From Acidobacteriota bacterium (lineage in GTDB: Bacteria > Acidobacteriota > Thermoanaerobaculia > Multivoradales > UBA5704), in contig JBDTZG010000081.1 of NCBI GenBank assembly GCA_040005235.1, positions 1 to 19,456 on the forward strand: a stretch of DNA of 19,456 bases, in the 5' to 3' direction. Below are positions 15,698 to 19,456 of the stretch, piece by piece. Every line of letters starts with the position of its first letter. Within the stretch, counting starts at the first letter, position 1. The notes under the pieces are model-generated. The model saw nothing but the letters and a program-made list of their open reading frames with translations, had not been told where the DNA came from and searched no databases. The position numbers and the translations under genes are program-made.

Positions 15698-17239
15698 ATG
15701 ATCACCCATCACCCGGACGCGCGGACTCTGGAGCGGTTCCTCGACGACCTGCTGGCCGAGACCGAGAGCCACGCGATCCAACGCCACCTGCTGATCTGCC
15801 CCTCGTGCGAAGAGCGGCTGATCGGGTTGCTCCCCCAGCTCGGCGGGCCGTTCGGAAGAACCGCCGACGCGCTGGAGACGTTTGGCTCGACGGGAGCGTT
15901 CCCGGGAACCGGAGCGGCCCATGGGTTCGCCTCGCCCCGGCCGCCCCGGCCGGCCGCAGCGTCCCCTAAGGCGGGCAGAGGGGCTCGCCCCCGGAAAGAG
16001 CCGGCTCCCCTGCCGGATTTGACGATGGCGATCTCTCGCCAGGGAGCGTCGATCGAGGAGCAGCGCCAGAAGGCTCCGGAACTTTGGAGCGAGCTTGCGC
16101 CGCTGGCGCCCGAGATCCGCCGCGCCCGGGCGGAGCAGGACGGACGCTTTCATACCTGGGCGCTGTGCGAGCTGCAGCTCGAACGGAGCCGCGCGGTCGC
16201 CCCATCCGATCCGACCGCGGCGCTCGAAGCGGCGGAGCTCGGCCTTCTGATCGCCGAGCGGCTCAATCCGAAAGAACTTCCGGCGGCGGCGATCGCCTCG
16301 GCCCAGGCTCGCGCCTTGGGACACCTGGGCAACGCGAAGCGAATCTTCGCCGACTACCGGGGGGCCGAGCGTTGCTTCCTGGAGGCGGAGCGGAAACTCG
16401 CCGCGAGCTGGCTCGATCCGCTGGACGAAGGTCAGCTCCTGCAGTTCCAGGCGTCGCTCGACCGCGACCTGGGGCGCTTCTCGGCGGGAGTGGAGCGGCT
16501 CGAAACGGCGTTGGAGATCTACCGCAGCGTCAACGAACCGCACGGCCAGGGGCGCTGCTGGATCAGCCTCGGCATCCTGCTCTATCTGCTCGACGAGCTG
16601 GACACGGCGGACGACTGCCTGCGCCGGGGCGCTTCGATGGTCGATTCCGCGCGGGATCCGCGGCTTCTGTTGTGTGCGCACCAGTACCTGGCGCTCGGGC
16701 GGTTGAAGGCGGGGCGTTCCGCAGAGGCCCTGGCGATGCTCCACAACGGCCGGAAGACGTGGGCGGTGGGGGCGACCGAGCTCGATCGGCTCCGCATGAG
16801 CTGGCTCGAAGCGCAGATCCTAGCGAGCCTCGACCGGCTGATCGAGGCGCAGGAGATGCTGATCGAGGTCCAGGCCGGCTTCGTCGCCGCGCGGCTGCCG
16901 TACGACGCCGCCCTCGCCGGCCTGGAGCTGGCGACGATCTACTCCCGGCGCGGCCTGGCCGGAAACGCGCGCCGGGTCGCCGAGCGGACCTTGGCGATCT
17001 TCCGCTCGCTCGACACGCAGCCGGCGTTCGTGGCGGCGGTGATCGTGTTCGAGAGCGCGGTCGAACAGGACCGGTTGAGTCTCGCCGCCCTGCGCGAGAT
17101 CTCTTCGGCGCTCGAAAAGGCACGCGCCGGCCAGGGCAACGAGCGGTCCTATTTGCCGGCGAGCAACTTGGCGAGCGCGGTTTCCGGCGCCGTCCAGTCC
17201 GTGGGGCCCAACCGGCCGACCTCTTTGCCGTTGCTATAG
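15698..17239 (+). CDS. TPR-repeat protein with N-terminal zf-HC2 (anti-sigma-like) zinc finger
   Basis: N-terminal HP...HLLICPSC (HxxxCxxC), a Pro/Arg-rich linker, then TPR-like helices (ARALGHLGNAKRIFADYRGAERCF, LGRFSAGVERLETALEIY, RMSWLEAQI, YDAALAGLELA). It overlaps the convergent gene by 91 nt. Confidence 0.82.
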   Translation: MITHHPDARTLERFLDDLLAETESHAIQRHLLICPSCEERLIGLLPQLGGPFGRTADALETFGSTGAFPGTGAAHGFASPRPPRPAAASPKAGRGARPRKEPAPLPDLTMAISRQGASIEEQRQKAPELWSELAPLAPEIRRARAEQDGRFHTWALCELQLERSRAVAPSDPTAALEAAELGLLIAERLNPKELPAAAIASAQARALGHLGNAKRIFADYRGAERCFLEAERKLAASWLDPLDEGQLLQFQASLDRDLGRFSAGVERLETALEIYRSVNEPHGQGRCWISLGILLYLLDELDTADDCLRRGASMVDSARDPRLLLCAHQYLALGRLKAGRSAEALAMLHNGRKTWAVGATELDRLRMSWLEAQILASLDRLIEAQEMLIEVQAGFVAARLPYDAALAGLELATIYSRRGLAGNARRVAERTLAIFRSLDTQPAFVAAVIVFESAVEQDRLSLAALREISSALEKARAGQGNERSYLPASNLASAVSGAVQSVGPNRPTSLPLL

Positions 17240-17979
17240 ACCACGCCGGTCGGCACGGAGTGGATGTCGAGCTTCTTCGCATCGCCGCTGTTCAAACCTT
17301 TTTCCAGGCCGTAGTACTCGATCTGGATCTTCGAGCCCTTGATCTGCTCTTCCACCTTGAGCAGCAGCGGCACGTGCTCCTTGCAGTGCGGGCACCAGGA
17401 ACCGAAATAGACCCGCACCCGCGCGGGCTGGGCCACCTTGCGCAGCTGCTGGACCGACTTGGCGTTCGGCTGATAAGCCTTGGCCCGCCGCGCATACTCG
17501 GGGTTGTACGTGGTGAGGTCGATCGCCTTCTTCAAGCCGAGCAGCGAGGGACGGCTCTGGAGCGCCGCCGTGCGCCCCTCGGTCTTGAACCGGACGTCCT
17601 CGCCGACGATCTCGAACTTGCCCTGCGGCGAAAGCGCCGCGTCGGCCATCAGGTCGACCGTGCCGTCGGCCCGCTTGACGATCTTCATCAGCTGGACGGT
17701 CTGGACCGAGCCTTCGCCCGGTGACAGCAGGACCGGCGAAGGAAGAGCCGAGGAGAGGATGAGAAACGCCGGCACTCCCGAGGGGAGGGCGTAGATCTCG
17801 GCCGAGGGCTGGAGCTTGCCCCCGACCACCAGCTGGTAGTCCCCCGAGCGCTCGAAACCATGAAGCACGGCGTCAGGCCCCGCCTGTGCCCCCGCGGCAA
17901 TGCCACCCAGGCCGCCCAATACCGCGGCGCCGAGGGTCAGTGTAAGAAAACCGGAACGCAGTGCGCGAGGTTGCATCAT
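17149..17979 (-). CDS. Exported thioredoxin-family protein (WCPHC) with an N-terminal extra domain
   Basis: Signal peptide ending AGAQA; C-terminal Trx fold VRVYFGSWCPHC...IHSVPTGVVYSNGKEVGR (cis-Pro motif VPT). Confidence 0.87.
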   Translation of the reverse strand: MMQPRALRSGFLTLTLGAAVLGGLGGIAAGAQAGPDAVLHGFERSGDYQLVVGGKLQPSAEIYALPSGVPAFLILSSALPSPVLLSPGEGSVQTVQLMKIVKRADGTVDLMADAALSPQGKFEIVGEDVRFKTEGRTAALQSRPSLLGLKKAIDLTTYNPEYARRAKAYQPNAKSVQQLRKVAQPARVRVYFGSWCPHCKEHVPLLLKVEEQIKGSKIQIEYYGLEKGLNSGDAKKLDIHSVPTGVVYSNGKEVGRLGPTDWTAPETALAKLLAGK

Positions 17980-18036
17980 GTCGGGATACCCTTTCGGATC
18001 GGCTCAAGATGGCAAAGAAGTTTGAGCATGCAGAGG

Positions 18037-19059
18037 TCAAGGAGAAGGAGCGGCGCCGAGCGCCCGGCGGATCTCCTCGACGGTCGAATAGGTCCGGACG
18101 ACTTTTCCGTCGCGGACCGCAAAGGCGCGAGGCAACCGGCGATATAGGGGCCGCAAAAGCGCCGGAGGCGCCTCGCGGATCTCGAACGCCGGACCGAATT
18201 TCCAAAAGAACGAGGTCTTGGTCTCGGGCGACGAGGCGGAAAGCACGATCAGCTCACCGCCATTTTGGCCGGCCGCTTCCTGCGCTCCCTGCGCATACCG
18301 ATTGAGGTCGGGCACCATCCCGGTGAAAGCCGGGTTGTCGAGCTCGGCCAAGACCACCATGTGATTTTCTCTTGCAAGATTCGGGACCAGGGTATCGAGG
18401 CAGACCGCCTCCGCCCCTTCGCCGACGCAGACCTTGCTAGTGATGACCCCCGGCTTCAGCCGGGTCGCCAGATCGTCGAGCGGCAGGTCGGCCGCCTTCG
18501 CACCGAAAGCCACCGCGGCACCGGTCGCGAGCGCCACGGCCGCGAACCGGCCGCCGGGGAATCGGCCGCCCCGCGGCCGGCCGACGAACGCAAGGGCGAG
18601 TGGCGGCACCAGCATCAGGAGATCCTGCCAGAACGCCTCGGCGGGGGTGCGCTGGACCAGGTTGCCGAAACAGCCGCACGACGCCGCAGCCGGCGCTTCG
18701 CCGTGGATCGACCGGACATAGGTTCGGGCGGTGAGGAAGACGAGGAAAGCGACCAGCAGCGCGCTCGGAATCAACACCCAAAGGCGCCGCAGCCCGAGCA
18801 GAAGCGCCAAGCCAACCGCCACCTCGATCCCCAAGCCGATCAGCGCGACGGTCGGCGCCGAGAACAGAAAGTCGAGCTTCTCGGCCCGGATCTGCTCGGC
18901 GAACGCCAGCGGATCGAGCGCCTTGGCGGCCGCCGCGACGAGCAGGACGAGGCCCAGGACGGCACCGCCGAGATAGCCCAGCCCGCGCCGCCACGTCCCG
19001 GGCAAAGGGGATGGCGCCGAGACGGGAGCGGGGGGCGCGAGGGTATCGGCGGTTTCCAT
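18037..19059 (-). CDS. MauE/DoxX family membrane protein with C-terminal soluble domain
   Basis: LLVAAAAKALDP, IEVAVGLALLLG, SCGCFG and FWQDL; about 5 TM helices, followed by a domain with two further Cys. Confidence 0.85.
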   Translation of the reverse strand: METADTLAPPAPVSAPSPLPGTWRRGLGYLGGAVLGLVLLVAAAAKALDPLAFAEQIRAEKLDFLFSAPTVALIGLGIEVAVGLALLLGLRRLWVLIPSALLVAFLVFLTARTYVRSIHGEAPAAASCGCFGNLVQRTPAEAFWQDLLMLVPPLALAFVGRPRGGRFPGGRFAAVALATGAAVAFGAKAADLPLDDLATRLKPGVITSKVCVGEGAEAVCLDTLVPNLARENHMVVLAELDNPAFTGMVPDLNRYAQGAQEAAGQNGGELIVLSASSPETKTSFFWKFGPAFEIREAPPALLRPLYRRLPRAFAVRDGKVVRTYSTVEEIRRALGAAPSP

Positions 19060-19152
19060 ACGGCGCCGATCCTATGCAGCGGGTCTTGCCCACCGCAACT
19101 GCCGGAGGTTGGAAGGCTCGTCCGCGTCGCGGCTTTTAAGGGTGGGAAGGCT

Positions 19153-19456
19153 TCAACCGAGCAAAATGCCCGTAACCTTTTTCCACAGGCTCGAAGCTTC
19201 GTCCATCTCCCGGGTGGCTCCGGCTTCGGCCGCTTCCGGATCTACGCCCGGATCTCCGGAGGGCACCTCGCCCGGGGCCCCGAGGTGGAGCAGTAGGACG
19301 TAGTTGCCGATCGAGATCCGGTCGCCTTCCCGGATCTCCTGCTCTCCGGCGATCCGCTCGCCGTCGACGAACGTGCCGTTGCTCGACCGCAGGTCCTGGA
19401 CGTAGACCCGGCCGGAGCGGACCGCCACTAACGCGTGGACCCGGCTGATGCAGGGA
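19153..19456 (-). CDS. FHA domain protein, 5' end outside the window
   Basis: Frame open to the window edge: CISRVHALVAVRSGRVYVQDLRSSNGTFVDGERI...EGDRISIG (SRxHA and DLxSxNGT motifs). Confidence 0.88.
   Translation of the reverse strand, partial: PCISRVHALVAVRSGRVYVQDLRSSNGTFVDGERIAGEQEIREGDRISIGNYVLLLHLGAPGEVPSGDPGVDPEAAEAGATREMDEASSLWKKVTGILLG

Noticed and set aside
14531-19296. Long ORFs 14531..15622, 15551..16744, 16084..17724, 18265..19296
   Set aside because: No recognisable motifs; they overlap better-supported CDSs in other frames.

Overview
High-GC bacterial DNA. The IPTL-CTERM, choice-of-anchor Q, ELWxxDGT and zinc-finger-TPR gene content suggests Acidobacteriota/Thermoanaerobaculia (inference). 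From left to right: (1) a partial PspA/IM30 gene missed by the ORF track, with an uncharacterised coiled-coil partner upstream, then a SEC-C protein; (2) a DinB/YfiT-like gene preceded by a CTGACA-N6-TGTCAG palindrome, convergent with a YafY-type HTH-WYL regulator, with a Uma2 nuclease gene between them; (3) three secreted surface-protein genes (an ELWxxDGT repeat protein and two tandem IPTL-CTERM choice-of-anchor Q paralogs); (4) a lower-GC patch at about 10.95-13.9 kb of small co-oriented genes and remnants: RidA, a KTSC-like pseudogene, a DUF433/DUF5615 toxin-antitoxin (TA) pair, a BrnA-like antitoxin read through into a second small ORF, a BrnT 3' remnant, and an orphan 320-aa protein with a probable GT-A fold; (5) a redox/sulfur cluster (FHA, MauE/DoxX, exported CPHC thioredoxin, SseA-type rhodanese, SufE) split by an opposite-strand zinc-finger-TPR gene. 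No rRNA, tRNA, CRISPR array, integrase or transposase was recognised. All family calls come from motif recognition by eye, not database searches. I cannot demonstrate a new system. The best leads are the DoxX-Trx-SseA-SufE cluster, the orphan zinc-finger-TPR protein, the PspA partner and the divergent GT-A gene.
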